Shown one piece after another: positions 1 to 8,433 of a stretch of 64,000 bases of DNA. Location: positions 78,261 to 142,260 of the forward strand of contig JBLKOK010000001.1 in NCBI GenBank assembly GCA_047602735.1. The letters run 5' to 3'. Position 1 is the first letter of the stretch, and each line of letters begins with the position of its first letter. The notes below the pieces were generated by a model, which saw only the letters and a program-made list of their open reading frames with translations, was not told the DNA's origin and ran no database searches. The translations under genes were made by a program, and so were the position numbers. This stretch comes from Candidatus Woesearchaeota archaeon (GTDB taxonomy: Archaea; Nanobdellota; Nanobdellia; Woesearchaeales; 21-14-0-10-32-9).

Positions 1-834
1 ATCCATTGCTTTTTCTAAGTCTTCTGGATTTAAATATTCTAAAGGAGTGTTTTCTTCTATCCATAAAAATATTTTATCTAAATCTATATCTACTTCGTCT
101 AAAGCTCTAAGAGCTATCTGAGGATTTTTACTTTTATATATTATTCTTAAACCATCCTCTAATTTTTTAGAAGTGTTTCTTTCGCTAAGAGTTAAAGCAT
201 CTTCTAAAGTTATATTTTTTCCAAGACTTTGAAGATCGTTAATTGCAGCTCTAACATCCCCTCCACTTATTCTTGCTATGTGATTTAGAGCTTCATTAGA
301 TATTTGTAGTTGTTCTTTTAGAGAAATTTTTTCAAGGATTTTTTTTACTTCTTCATAAGATAACTCTTTAAATTCTATAAGATCAGATTTTTTTCTCAAA
401 GCCTTTAATTTGTTATTATAAGCATCATTTGCAATTATTATAATTGGATATTTGCTTTCACTTGCAAGCTTTAAAATAGTTGGACTAGCACCCCTATCAT
501 AAACGCCAGATAAACCTTCAGCTTCATCTATTAAAATTATTTTACTAGAGCCAAAAAGACTTCCTTGATTTATAGCACTACCAAGCAAAGATTCTAAAGC
601 AGCAGCCTTTCTTATATCAGAAGCATTTACCTCAACTACTTCTAAACCTTCATCCTTAGCAAGAGCATAAACACTACTGGTTTTACCATTACCAGTACCA
701 CCATATAAAAAAATTAGTTTAGAACCCTTCTTATAGTTTCTAATAAGAGCTTTTAATAATTCTTTTTCTGATATGTGACCAACCACCTCGTTTAATGTGT
801 TTGGAGAATATTTATTTATCCAAGGACTACCCAT
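1..834 (-). CDS. rfcL: Replication factor C large subunit (N-terminal part; gene runs off the left edge of the window)
   Basis: My own reverse translation from the ATG at 834..832 gives MGSPWINKYSPNTLNEVVGH. Walker A is LYGGTGNGKTS and Walker B is ILIDEAEG. The frame is open to position 1. It is absent from the ORF track because no stop lies in the window. Confidence 0.75.
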   Translation of the reverse strand, partial: MGSPWINKYSPNTLNEVVGHISEKELLKALIRNYKKGSKLIFLYGGTGNGKTSSVYALAKDEGLEVVEVNASDIRKAAALESLLGSAINQGSLFGSSKIILIDEAEGLSGVYDRGASPTILKLASESKYPIIIIANDAYNNKLKALRKKSDLIEFKELSYEEVKKILEKISLKEQLQISNEALNHIARISGGDVRAAINDLQSLGKNITLEDALTLSERNTSKKLEDGLRIIYKSKNPQIALRALDEVDIDLDKIFLWIEENTPLEYLNPEDLEKAMD

Positions 835-891
835 AATACTGTAAGAAAAAAGTTTTAGTTTAAATAATTATAAGAAAAAAAATAAAAAAAA

Positions 892-2154
892 TTATAGTTT
901 GTCTATAGTATAAATTTTTAGTTTATCAGAAGACTTAACTTTTGATTCCATACTTACTAAGTAATTAATGTTTACTCTTTCTGCTGAACTTACTAAGTCC
1001 TTATCTGCTTCACCATCAACTATTACTGCATACATGCCACTTCCAAGACTTTTAATTGTGCTTTGAAGCTCTGTTACAGGAACTTTTCCTAAGATGTTTA
1101 ATTTAGCATCTAAGATGTATGCTCCTCTTGTACCAATAAGGTCTTCAGCCATTTCTTTAAACTTAGCCTTTTCAGCTTGAGTTGCTTCTTTAACAGCTTC
1201 AGTTCTTTTACTTGAAGATCTAGATTCCCTGCTGTTTTGTCTAGAATCCCTACTAGAAGATTTTCTATTATCCCTAGAGTTTCTTGAGTCATTAGAACTG
1301 GACTTGTCGCCATTTCCATCTCCAGACATTTCTAGTTTTGCTTGTTCAGCAGTTATTTTACTTCTTAGAGCTTTATGAATTTCTTTCTTTGTTAATTCTT
1401 CAACTTCTTTTCCGTCAGGAGCTTTAGTTACATAATCTAATTCTACTGTTCCTAATAATTCTTGAACAATTAACTTTCCTCCTCTATCTCCATCAACAAA
1501 TACAGTTAATACTTTTTCTTTTCCAAGATCAACAATTGTTTGAGGAATGCTTGTTCCATTGATAGATATAACGTTTTTAAAACCATGTTTTAATAAAGTT
1601 AAAACGTCTGCTCTTCCTTCAACAAGGATTACTTCTTCAGACTCTTCTATTCCCGGTCCACAAGCAAGTCTTTCTTTACCATAACTAGATATCTCCATCA
1701 TCCTTACACTGTAAGCAACTTCGTCACTTAGCTCTTGGCTGTCAGGCATGGATTTGTCCATTAATTCTTTTAAAAGTTCTTTTGCTCTTTTAATTACATT
1801 TTCTCTTTTACTGATTCTAATATCCTCTATTTTTATAACTTCAACTTTAGCATTACAAGGACCTATTCTTTGAATTATTTCTATTGCAGCCCCAACTATA
1901 CTTGTTTCTGCTTTGTCAAGACTACTTGGAACAATTATTTCACCAGTCGTTTTACCAGATTTAGTGTTTAGATTTACCTCTATTCTTCCAATTCTTCCTG
2001 ATTTTTGAAGCTCCCTTAATTCTAAGTCTGCTCCTAAAAGTCCTTCTGTTTGTCCAAAGACAGCACCTATAACGTCAGGTCTGTCTACAACTCCTTCAAT
2101 GAAGATGTTTGCGTTAATAATATATTTAGCTGAAACTTGTGCTATTTTAGCCAT
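892..2154 (-). CDS. dnaG: Archaeal DnaG primase (Toprim domain protein)
   Basis: The N-terminus AKYIINANIFIEGVVDRPDVIGAVFGQTEGLLG is typical of archaeal DnaG. Toprim motifs VEGRADV and DGDRGG are present. A GGAGG Shine-Dalgarno lies about 10 nt upstream. Confidence 0.9.
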   Translation of the reverse strand: MAKIAQVSAKYIINANIFIEGVVDRPDVIGAVFGQTEGLLGADLELRELQKSGRIGRIEVNLNTKSGKTTGEIIVPSSLDKAETSIVGAAIEIIQRIGPCNAKVEVIKIEDIRISKRENVIKRAKELLKELMDKSMPDSQELSDEVAYSVRMMEISSYGKERLACGPGIEESEEVILVEGRADVLTLLKHGFKNVISINGTSIPQTIVDLGKEKVLTVFVDGDRGGKLIVQELLGTVELDYVTKAPDGKEVEELTKKEIHKALRSKITAEQAKLEMSGDGNGDKSSSNDSRNSRDNRKSSSRDSRQNSRESRSSSKRTEAVKEATQAEKAKFKEMAEDLIGTRGAYILDAKLNILGKVPVTELQSTIKSLGSGMYAVIVDGEADKDLVSSAERVNINYLVSMESKVKSSDKLKIYTIDKL

Positions 2155-2211
2155 TTTTTTATGCCTCCTAATTTTCGTGTTTTTATATTGTTTATACTAA
2201 AAGACATAGCC

Positions 2212-2425
2212 AAAAAAACAGTGTAGAACAAGATACTTTAATGAGTGCTGATTCTTATCCAGCAAGTGAACGTGAATTAAACGCATATGAACTTGTTCTA
2301 AAGTGAATAGTTGACTATGAATGTTGCCCGATACACTAACTCCCAAGCTCATTGCCAGGTCACCAGTATTGGTGCTCCTTATCGGAGTTTCGCCGTAAGC
2401 TCCATTGAGTACTCTCATGTCGGGC
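2212..2425 (-). ncRNA. Unclassified structured RNA (two helix-closed domains, each followed by ACA); identity unresolved (H/ACA-like guide or reduced RNase P-like RNA)
   Basis: This is a locally GC-enriched island in a 318-nt gap between CDSs. On the minus strand, TTTATATA (2455..2448) is centred about 26 nt upstream of GCCCGA. UGCCCGA (2426..2420) pairs with UCGGGCA (2331..2325), followed directly by ACA. UAGAACAAG (2300..2292) pairs with CUUGUUCUA (2232..2224), overlapping ACA. The RNA ends in a U7 run (2218..2212). The 76-aa ORF here has no protein-like features. Confidence 0.55.
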
Positions 2426-2447
2426 ATAAATAAGTAAAAAAATGTAA

Positions 2448-2455
2448 TATATAAA
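2448..2455 (-). promoter_or_regulatory. TATA box candidate for the structured RNA
   Basis: TTTATATA on the minus strand sits at the archaeal -26/-27 spacing from the first G of the GC-rich island. Confidence 0.4.
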
Positions 2456-2472
2456 TGTTGTTAAAGATAAAT

Positions 2473-3438
2473 TCAACTTATCCTAGCAACGATTCTTAAC
2501 TCATCCAAGAGTGATTCAAACTCCTGTTGAGCTAAAGATTGTGATAAGAAAGCTCTTATATCTTCCCTTGCATCATTTAAAGATATTTCTTCAGCAGGCA
2601 AAACATCATCTTTTATCATTATGTGAATTCCAAACATTGTTTCAACGTTTCTTATTTCACCAATTTCCATTTCTAATCCTGCATCTTTGAATTCTTCAAC
2701 AAAAGGATCATTTTGACCAAAAACATACTCACCACATTGATCAGTACTTGCAATATCATCATTATATTCAGTTACAAGTTCACAGAAATTAGAAGCATCT
2801 TGATTTATCAAATCTCTTACTTCTTGTGCTTTTTGTTGATAGTCTTCATTTTCATTACTTATTAAAATGTGTCTTACAACAGCTCTTTCAGGTTGTTGAA
2901 ATTGATCTAAATTTTGAGCATAATAAAGATTTATATCTTCATCTAAAACATCTATTTGCGCTATTACTTGATCAATTAATAATGAAATAACTAAGTTATT
3001 TTCAAAATATGATTCGAAATAATTAAAACTTACACCTCCTAATTCTAATTGTGCTCTTAAATCTTCTTCAGTTAGACCATTAGCTATAAGTATATCGTTG
3101 AACTCTTGTGATACTTCTTCATTAGAAACCCTTAAATTTCTTCTATTAGCTTCTTGCAATAAAAGAGTCTCAGTCACTATTTCATCAAGTGCTTGTTCCT
3201 GAGTTGCTTGAACCCCCATAGTTTGCATAAAAGCTAACCTATTTTGAAGATCTTCTTGAGTTATCTTATCGCCATTTACAGTTAATACAACAGACTGAGT
3301 AGAACCAGATAGCAATGAGTTTATTAGTAGTACAGCTACAATACCTATTAAAAGTATCGAAGAAATTATTTGATACTTATAATTTTTCATTAATTTTTTA
3401 TTTTTAAATAAAGATTTTTTTTTAACCAAAAATATCAC
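2473..3438 (-). CDS. Membrane-anchored or secreted parvulin-type peptidyl-prolyl isomerase (PrsA/SurA-like)
   Basis: There is an N-terminal hydrophobic anchor (ISSILLIGIVAVLLI), a SurA_N-like helical region and a rotamase core (RHILIS...FGIHIMI). The true start may be the internal MKNYKYQ at 3390. Confidence 0.6.
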   Translation of the reverse strand: MIFLVKKKSLFKNKKLMKNYKYQIISSILLIGIVAVLLINSLLSGSTQSVVLTVNGDKITQEDLQNRLAFMQTMGVQATQEQALDEIVTETLLLQEANRRNLRVSNEEVSQEFNDILIANGLTEEDLRAQLELGGVSFNYFESYFENNLVISLLIDQVIAQIDVLDEDINLYYAQNLDQFQQPERAVVRHILISNENEDYQQKAQEVRDLINQDASNFCELVTEYNDDIASTDQCGEYVFGQNDPFVEEFKDAGLEMEIGEIRNVETMFGIHIMIKDDVLPAEEISLNDAREDIRAFLSQSLAQQEFESLLDELRIVARIS

Positions 3439-3525
3439 CCTTAGAAATAATGTATAAATTTATAGTTATTAAAAGTATCGGTTTAAAAGGTAAATATATA
3501 AATAATTAAGTAATACAAACATTTA

Positions 3526-5841
3526 ATGAACGATATCGTCATAGGGAGAGAGGAAAAAGATAAGAAACGTTTAGGTTCTAAAGGCACAGTTTTTATAGGT
3601 AAACACTATATACAGATGGGAAGGACTTCCTCATTATCTAATAAGGTAATGCTTGATGTTACAAGAAGCCACGTCGTTTTTATTTGTGGTAAGAGAGGAG
3701 GAGGTAAGTGTCTTACAGGAGATACCGAAATAATTCTTGGAGATGGCAGTTTAAAGAAAATAAGAGATCTAGAGTTTGATGACCATACAATTATGAGCTT
3801 AGATCTTAATTTAAAAATTAATCCAAAAGAAAAAGATGCTTTTTTTGAAAGAGAAGTTTATGAGATATTGGAAGTTACGCTAGGAACTGGTAAAAAAATT
3901 AGATGCACTCCTGAACATCCACTTCTTAGCCTATATGGTTGGGAAGAAGCACAGGATTTGAATATAGGAAATAAGATTGCAACTCCAAAGATTCTTCCAG
4001 TTTTTGGAGAATACGATGTAGAAGAAAAAGAAGTTAAGAAAATAAGCTATAATTTAGGTGTTAATAAAAAAGACGAATCTATAAAAAAAGAAATAGAAAT
4101 GCTTAATTTTAAAGAAGAAAAATTAACTGAAGTACCAGAAGAAATATTTAAGCTTCCAAGATATAAATTAGCAGTTTTTTTAAATAGAGTTATGAGTTGC
4201 GATGCCACGATTTCAAAAGAAGATGAGTGGGTTATTAATTATAAAAATAAGAGCGAGAGAATAACAAAACAAATTCAACATTTACTTTTAAGATTTGGAA
4301 TTATTAGTAGTTTTGTTAAAAAAAGATACAACTATCTTTTAATAGAAGACGGTTTTGTTAAAAATTATCTTGAGAATATTGGTTTTTTTGGAGCTAAAGA
4401 AAAACCACAAAAAGTTGCTTTAAGAGAAACAGCTTACGAAGTAGAACAACTAGATATTCCCGAAGAATTATTAGACTTTTTCGACCCTGAAGATTGGGAA
4501 GTTTTAGGTAAGAACTTTGTTGTTAAAAATAATAATTATAATTATAAAGAAATTAGCGAGACCCAACATAAACAATTTATTTCAAAACTAATTGAGTCAG
4601 ATATATACTGGGATGAAATTGTTAAGCTAGAAAAAATATATAAGAAAACTAAAGTTTATGATTTGACAGTTCCCGAAACTAATAATTTCATAGCAAATAA
4701 CATAATAGTTCATAATTCTTACACTATGGGAGTTATAGCTGAAGGAGTTAGCGAACTTCCTGAAGAAGTTAAAAATAATATTTCTATAATAATACTTGAT
4801 ACAATGGGTGTTTATTGGACTATGAAGTATCCAAATAAACAAGATAAACAATTGCTAGATGAATGGGATTTAGAAGGTAAGAGTCTAGATGTTAAAATAT
4901 TCACCCCCTATAAATATCATGAAGAGTATAAAGAGAAAAATATTCCAACAGACATGCCCTTTGCTATAAAACCATCAGAGCTGTCAGGACAAGATTGGAA
5001 CCAGACATTTAGTATAAAACCAGAAGAACCAATAGGAGTTTTGATTGAAAAAGTTATTAATGATTTACAAGAAGAAGGAATTGATTTCGATATAGATGAC
5101 ATAGTTAACCGAATTAGTAAAGAGACAGATTATGAAAAACATGTTTTGAACGCAGCAAAGAACTTGTTTGAAAACTCTAAAGGATGGGGACTTTTTAATA
5201 AAGACGCTACAACATTAAAAGAAGTTGCAGTAGCAGGACAAGTTTCAGTTTTAGATGTTAGTTGTTATGCAACTATGCCCGGTAGCTGGAACGTCAAGAA
5301 CTTAGTTATAGGATTGATTGCACAAAAATTGTTTGTACAAAGAATGATTGCTAGAAAAGAAGAAGAATTTGGAGCAGTACATAAATCAGCAAATCCTTAT
5401 TCGGACGACGCAGAAACCAAACAAGAATTTCCAATGGTCTGGCTAGTTATAGATGAAGCACACGAATTTTTACCAGTCAAAGGAAAAACTTTAGCAACAG
5501 ATCCATTAGTAACTATACTTAGAGAAGGACGACAACCAGGAATTAGTTTAATTTTAGCAACACAACAACCCGGAAAAATACATACAGATGTTATGACTCA
5601 ATCAGATACAGTTATAGCACATAGAATAACTGCTAAAATGGATACCGATGCACTGGGAACATTGATGCAAAGCTATATGAGAGAAGGATTAGTTCAACAG
5701 CTTGATAATCTTCCAAGAGAAAAAGGTAGTGCAATAATTTTTGATGATACAAACGAAAAAATGTACCCTATAAGAATAAGACCTAGATTTACATGGCACG
5801 GCGGAGGAGCTCCAAGTGCTTTAAAAGAACGCGAAGATTAA
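3526..5841 (+). CDS. HerA/FtsK-superfamily (DUF87-like) P-loop ATPase, host of an intein
   Basis: The Walker A GKRGGGK|S is split by the intein. Walker B is VWLVIDEAHEF, and LILATQQPGKIHTDVMTQSDTVIAHRIT is typical of HerA-like ATPases. Confidence 0.75.
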   Translation: MNDIVIGREEKDKKRLGSKGTVFIGKHYIQMGRTSSLSNKVMLDVTRSHVVFICGKRGGGKCLTGDTEIILGDGSLKKIRDLEFDDHTIMSLDLNLKINPKEKDAFFEREVYEILEVTLGTGKKIRCTPEHPLLSLYGWEEAQDLNIGNKIATPKILPVFGEYDVEEKEVKKISYNLGVNKKDESIKKEIEMLNFKEEKLTEVPEEIFKLPRYKLAVFLNRVMSCDATISKEDEWVINYKNKSERITKQIQHLLLRFGIISSFVKKRYNYLLIEDGFVKNYLENIGFFGAKEKPQKVALRETAYEVEQLDIPEELLDFFDPEDWEVLGKNFVVKNNNYNYKEISETQHKQFISKLIESDIYWDEIVKLEKIYKKTKVYDLTVPETNNFIANNIIVHNSYTMGVIAEGVSELPEEVKNNISIIILDTMGVYWTMKYPNKQDKQLLDEWDLEGKSLDVKIFTPYKYHEEYKEKNIPTDMPFAIKPSELSGQDWNQTFSIKPEEPIGVLIEKVINDLQEEGIDFDIDDIVNRISKETDYEKHVLNAAKNLFENSKGWGLFNKDATTLKEVAVAGQVSVLDVSCYATMPGSWNVKNLVIGLIAQKLFVQRMIARKEEEFGAVHKSANPYSDDAETKQEFPMVWLVIDEAHEFLPVKGKTLATDPLVTILREGRQPGISLILATQQPGKIHTDVMTQSDTVIAHRITAKMDTDALGTLMQSYMREGLVQQLDNLPREKGSAIIFDDTNEKMYPIRIRPRFTWHGGGAPSALKERED
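3709..4716 (+). mobile_element. Intein (336 aa) with a degenerate LAGLIDADG-like endonuclease insert, located in the Walker A loop
   Basis: It starts with CLTGDTEI (block A) and contains TPEH (block B TxxH). LAVFLNRVMSCDAT and NYLENIGFFG are LAGLIDADG-like. VYDLTVPETNNFIANN is block F. It ends in IIVHN followed by the extein Ser. Removing it restores GKRGGGKS. Confidence 0.85.
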
Positions 5842-5893
5842 ACAAAAAAATCAAAGAAAAATATATAATAACTCAAAATTAACTATAATAAAA

Positions 5894-6193
5894 ATGGTTT
5901 TTAGTAAAAATTATGCAAAAACAACTGATAAATCAGTTTACCCGAAGTGGATAGAAGTTTCTTTAACAAAAGAAGAAGAGATAGAAGCAGAAAGAAAGTG
6001 TAGGGAAGAAAATATAACAATTATGAATGAATGTATAGAAGATGCAAAACTAATAGTTAAAGAACAAAAATTGTTTGAAAACCAAAATCATGTTACTCGA
6101 ATAGCAAATGCTTTGTTTGATAAGAGAGCAAGCCACGTAGTTTTTTTTAAAGAAAATAAAACTAAAGAAAAGTTTGATGAACTTAATTCTTAG
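5894..6193 (+). CDS. Hypothetical protein (99 aa, Lys/Glu-rich)
   Basis: ORF only; no recognisable motif. Confidence 0.4.
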   Translation: MVFSKNYAKTTDKSVYPKWIEVSLTKEEEIEAERKCREENITIMNECIEDAKLIVKEQKLFENQNHVTRIANALFDKRASHVVFFKENKTKEKFDELNS

Positions 6194-6695
6194 ATAAACT
6201 TATACTTTTAAACTTGTAATCTAAAGGAAGATGAGTTATCATATTATTTCCATATTTTAATTTAAATTTGTTAACTAAATCATATAATCTTCCTTGTTCT
6301 TTAAATTGTTCTTTAAAAAAAATATGATTTATTTGATGAACAACATCTGATTCGTCGTTATAGAAATTAAGTGCTAAACCCTCTTTTTTAGAGCCGTGAT
6401 AATTCTCTTTATCAGTATAATCATTTATTTCAACATATAAAGATACTAATTCATCAAAATTTTGTTTAGAATGATCTGTTAATCTTAACTTAACTACATT
6501 TTTTTGATTTTTAGGCGCAAGAGGTTCTAATTCATAAAAAGATTCGACTACGTCAAAGCTTTCAAATACATAGTTAAGTTCATCGTCAAATAAATCATTT
6601 ATTATGTACTCAACCCTATCAGATATATTTGCATAATCTTCTTTTAAGATTTGTTTGAATTCTTTCAAATCTAAAACATTGGACATAACTTGCAA
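6183..6695 (-). CDS. Hypothetical protein (170 aa, acidic)
   Basis: ORF only; it is convergent with 5894..6193. Confidence 0.45.
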   Translation of the reverse strand: MQVMSNVLDLKEFKQILKEDYANISDRVEYIINDLFDDELNYVFESFDVVESFYELEPLAPKNQKNVVKLRLTDHSKQNFDELVSLYVEINDYTDKENYHGSKKEGLALNFYNDESDVVHQINHIFFKEQFKEQGRLYDLVNKFKLKYGNNMITHLPLDYKFKSISLSKN

Positions 6696-6773
6696 GTAGT
6701 AACTTTTATTATTTAAATGTTTTGAGAAAATTCAAGGAATAGACTTATAAAAACCAAAATATTACTACTTTTT

Positions 6774-7208
6774 ATGGAAGTCCAAGCAAACGATCAAGTA
6801 AAGGTCGAATACGAAGGAAAATTAGAAGACGGAACAATATTTGACAGCTCAGAAAAACACGGTAAGCCATTAGAATTTAAAGCAGGAACCGGACAAGTAA
6901 TTAAAGGTTTTGACTCAGCAGTTATAGGTATGAAAAAAGATGAAGAAAAAAACATAACTATAACTCCAGAAGAGGGATATGGCCCAGTTAGAAAAGAACT
7001 AGTTACAGATATACCAAAACAAAAACTTCCTGAAGGAGAAGTTAAAGAAGGTATGGTTCTTGCAGTTCAAAGCCCGGATGGACAACAATTTCCAGCTACA
7101 GTAGTTAAGGTTCACGAAGATAAAATAACAATTGATATGAACCCGCCACTTGCAGGAAAAACCTTAAACTTTAAATTAAAAGTAACAGATATTAAAAGAG
7201 AAGAATAA
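6774..7208 (+). CDS. FKBP-type peptidyl-prolyl cis-trans isomerase (SlyD-like short form)
   Basis: VKVEYEGKLEDGTIFDSS...LEFKAGTGQVIKGFDSAVIGMK...GYG is the classic FKBP core. Confidence 0.85.
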   Translation: MEVQANDQVKVEYEGKLEDGTIFDSSEKHGKPLEFKAGTGQVIKGFDSAVIGMKKDEEKNITITPEEGYGPVRKELVTDIPKQKLPEGEVKEGMVLAVQSPDGQQFPATVVKVHEDKITIDMNPPLAGKTLNFKLKVTDIKREE

Positions 7209-7302
7209 AATCTTTTTTTATCACAATTTTTTTTGTTATTTTTCATAATTCTTACGATTTTTTCTTAGATATTAATTAATTGTTTTTAGATTATCTTATA
7301 GT

Positions 7303-7977
7303 ATGAAAATAAAAGAAACACCCACTAATTTAAGACCAAGAGAAAAACTAAAAAGACTAGGAAGCTACCAATTAGACGATAGAGAACTTATTGCAATAAT
7401 AATAAGTAAAGGAACTAAACATAATGATGTATTAAAAATTTCTAATAACATTATAAAAAAATATGATGTCGAAACTTTGAGAAATGCTAGTATAACTGAA
7501 CTTAAAAAAATAAAAGGATTAGGAGAAGTTACCGCCATTAAATTAAAAGCAGCATTAGAACTTGGATCCAGACAAAAAATTAGAGACAAAATAATAATTA
7601 AAAATTCAAAAGATGTATTTAATATTTGTAAAGATATGAAATTTTTAAAAAAGGAACATTTTGTTATACTAATGCTCGATACAAAGAATCAGCTAATAAA
7701 AAAAGAAGTTGTTAGCATAGGCACCCTTAACTTAGCAATCATTCATCCAAGAGAGATATTTAAAGAAGCTATTAAAGAATCTGCAAATTCCATTATATTA
7801 GTTCATAATCATCCAAGTGGAAATAGTGAACCAAGCGATGCAGATATAGATATTACTAATAAACTTATAAAAGCAGGAGAGCTTTTGGATATAAGGGTTT
7901 TAGATCACGTGATTATAGGAAATAAGTATTATAGTTTTTCAGATATTGCTAAAGAACATAACCAATCATTAATTTGA
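7303..7977 (+). CDS. radC: RadC-like JAB-domain protein (UPF0758)
   Basis: An HhH region (LKKIKGLGEVTAIKL) is followed by the JAMM motif HNHPSGNSEPSDADI. Confidence 0.85.
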   Translation: MKIKETPTNLRPREKLKRLGSYQLDDRELIAIIISKGTKHNDVLKISNNIIKKYDVETLRNASITELKKIKGLGEVTAIKLKAALELGSRQKIRDKIIIKNSKDVFNICKDMKFLKKEHFVILMLDTKNQLIKKEVVSIGTLNLAIIHPREIFKEAIKESANSIILVHNHPSGNSEPSDADIDITNKLIKAGELLDIRVLDHVIIGNKYYSFSDIAKEHNQSLI

Positions 7978-8425
7978 TATCTTTTATGTACTTAGTTTTA
8001 TTTGGTATAACAACAGGTTTTGTTTCTAAACCATTTGACCAATTAGAAAATTCAAATAATTTATCTTTATCTGTTTTTATTCTAGGTTGTGAGGTAAGAT
8101 TTGTATCTCCAAAATATAATCCTAGCCTATAATTATTAGAACTATAAAGCTCATCAGTTATTGTTAGAGTTAATTTGTTATAAATAGGAATAATAGTATT
8201 TTCATAATGAATATGAGTAAAACCCATTGCTCTTCCAGGACTTAAAGAAGGATAAAAATATTTATCTTTACTTTCTTTAAAAGAAGCATTTCTAATAACT
8301 CTTAAACTAGCACTAACCTCAAGCCCAGCAGAGAATTTTTGATTAACTTCTTCAAATCCAAGTAAATAATTTGTATCAAATAAATCACTTAGACTATACC
8401 ATCTACCTAAATTTTTTTGTTTCAT
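7949..8425 (-). CDS. Hypothetical protein (158 aa)
   Basis: ORF only; beta-rich composition. Confidence 0.4.
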   Translation of the reverse strand: MKQKNLGRWYSLSDLFDTNYLLGFEEVNQKFSAGLEVSASLRVIRNASFKESKDKYFYPSLSPGRAMGFTHIHYENTIIPIYNKLTLTITDELYSSNNYRLGLYFGDTNLTSQPRIKTDKDKLFEFSNWSNGLETKPVVIPNKTKYIKDIKLMIGYVL

Positions 8426-8433
8426 TTTAATAT

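Noticed and set aside
2212-2425. SRP (7S) RNA identity for the structured RNA
   Set aside because: I found no helix-8 signature (5' AGG..C / GNRA loop / 3' AGCA), no UGUAAU-like Alu-domain motif and no 5'-3' end pairing. CCAGGUCACC is only a superficial resemblance.
2197-2427. 76-aa ORF (MPDMRVLNGAYGETPIR...) as a protein-coding gene
   Set aside because: It lies exactly on the GC-enriched island, which has a promoter, long-range helices and a U7 terminator. The peptide has no protein-like features and its composition is atypical for this proteome. I interpret the region as a structured RNA.
3526-6695. HerA-like ATPase plus the two small flanking ORFs as a defence system (HerA-associated anti-phage modules)
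   Set aside because: No SIR2, DUF4297, NurA or other effector-like domain is recognisable in the 99-aa or 170-aa neighbours, and the 170-aa gene is convergent. The evidence is insufficient.
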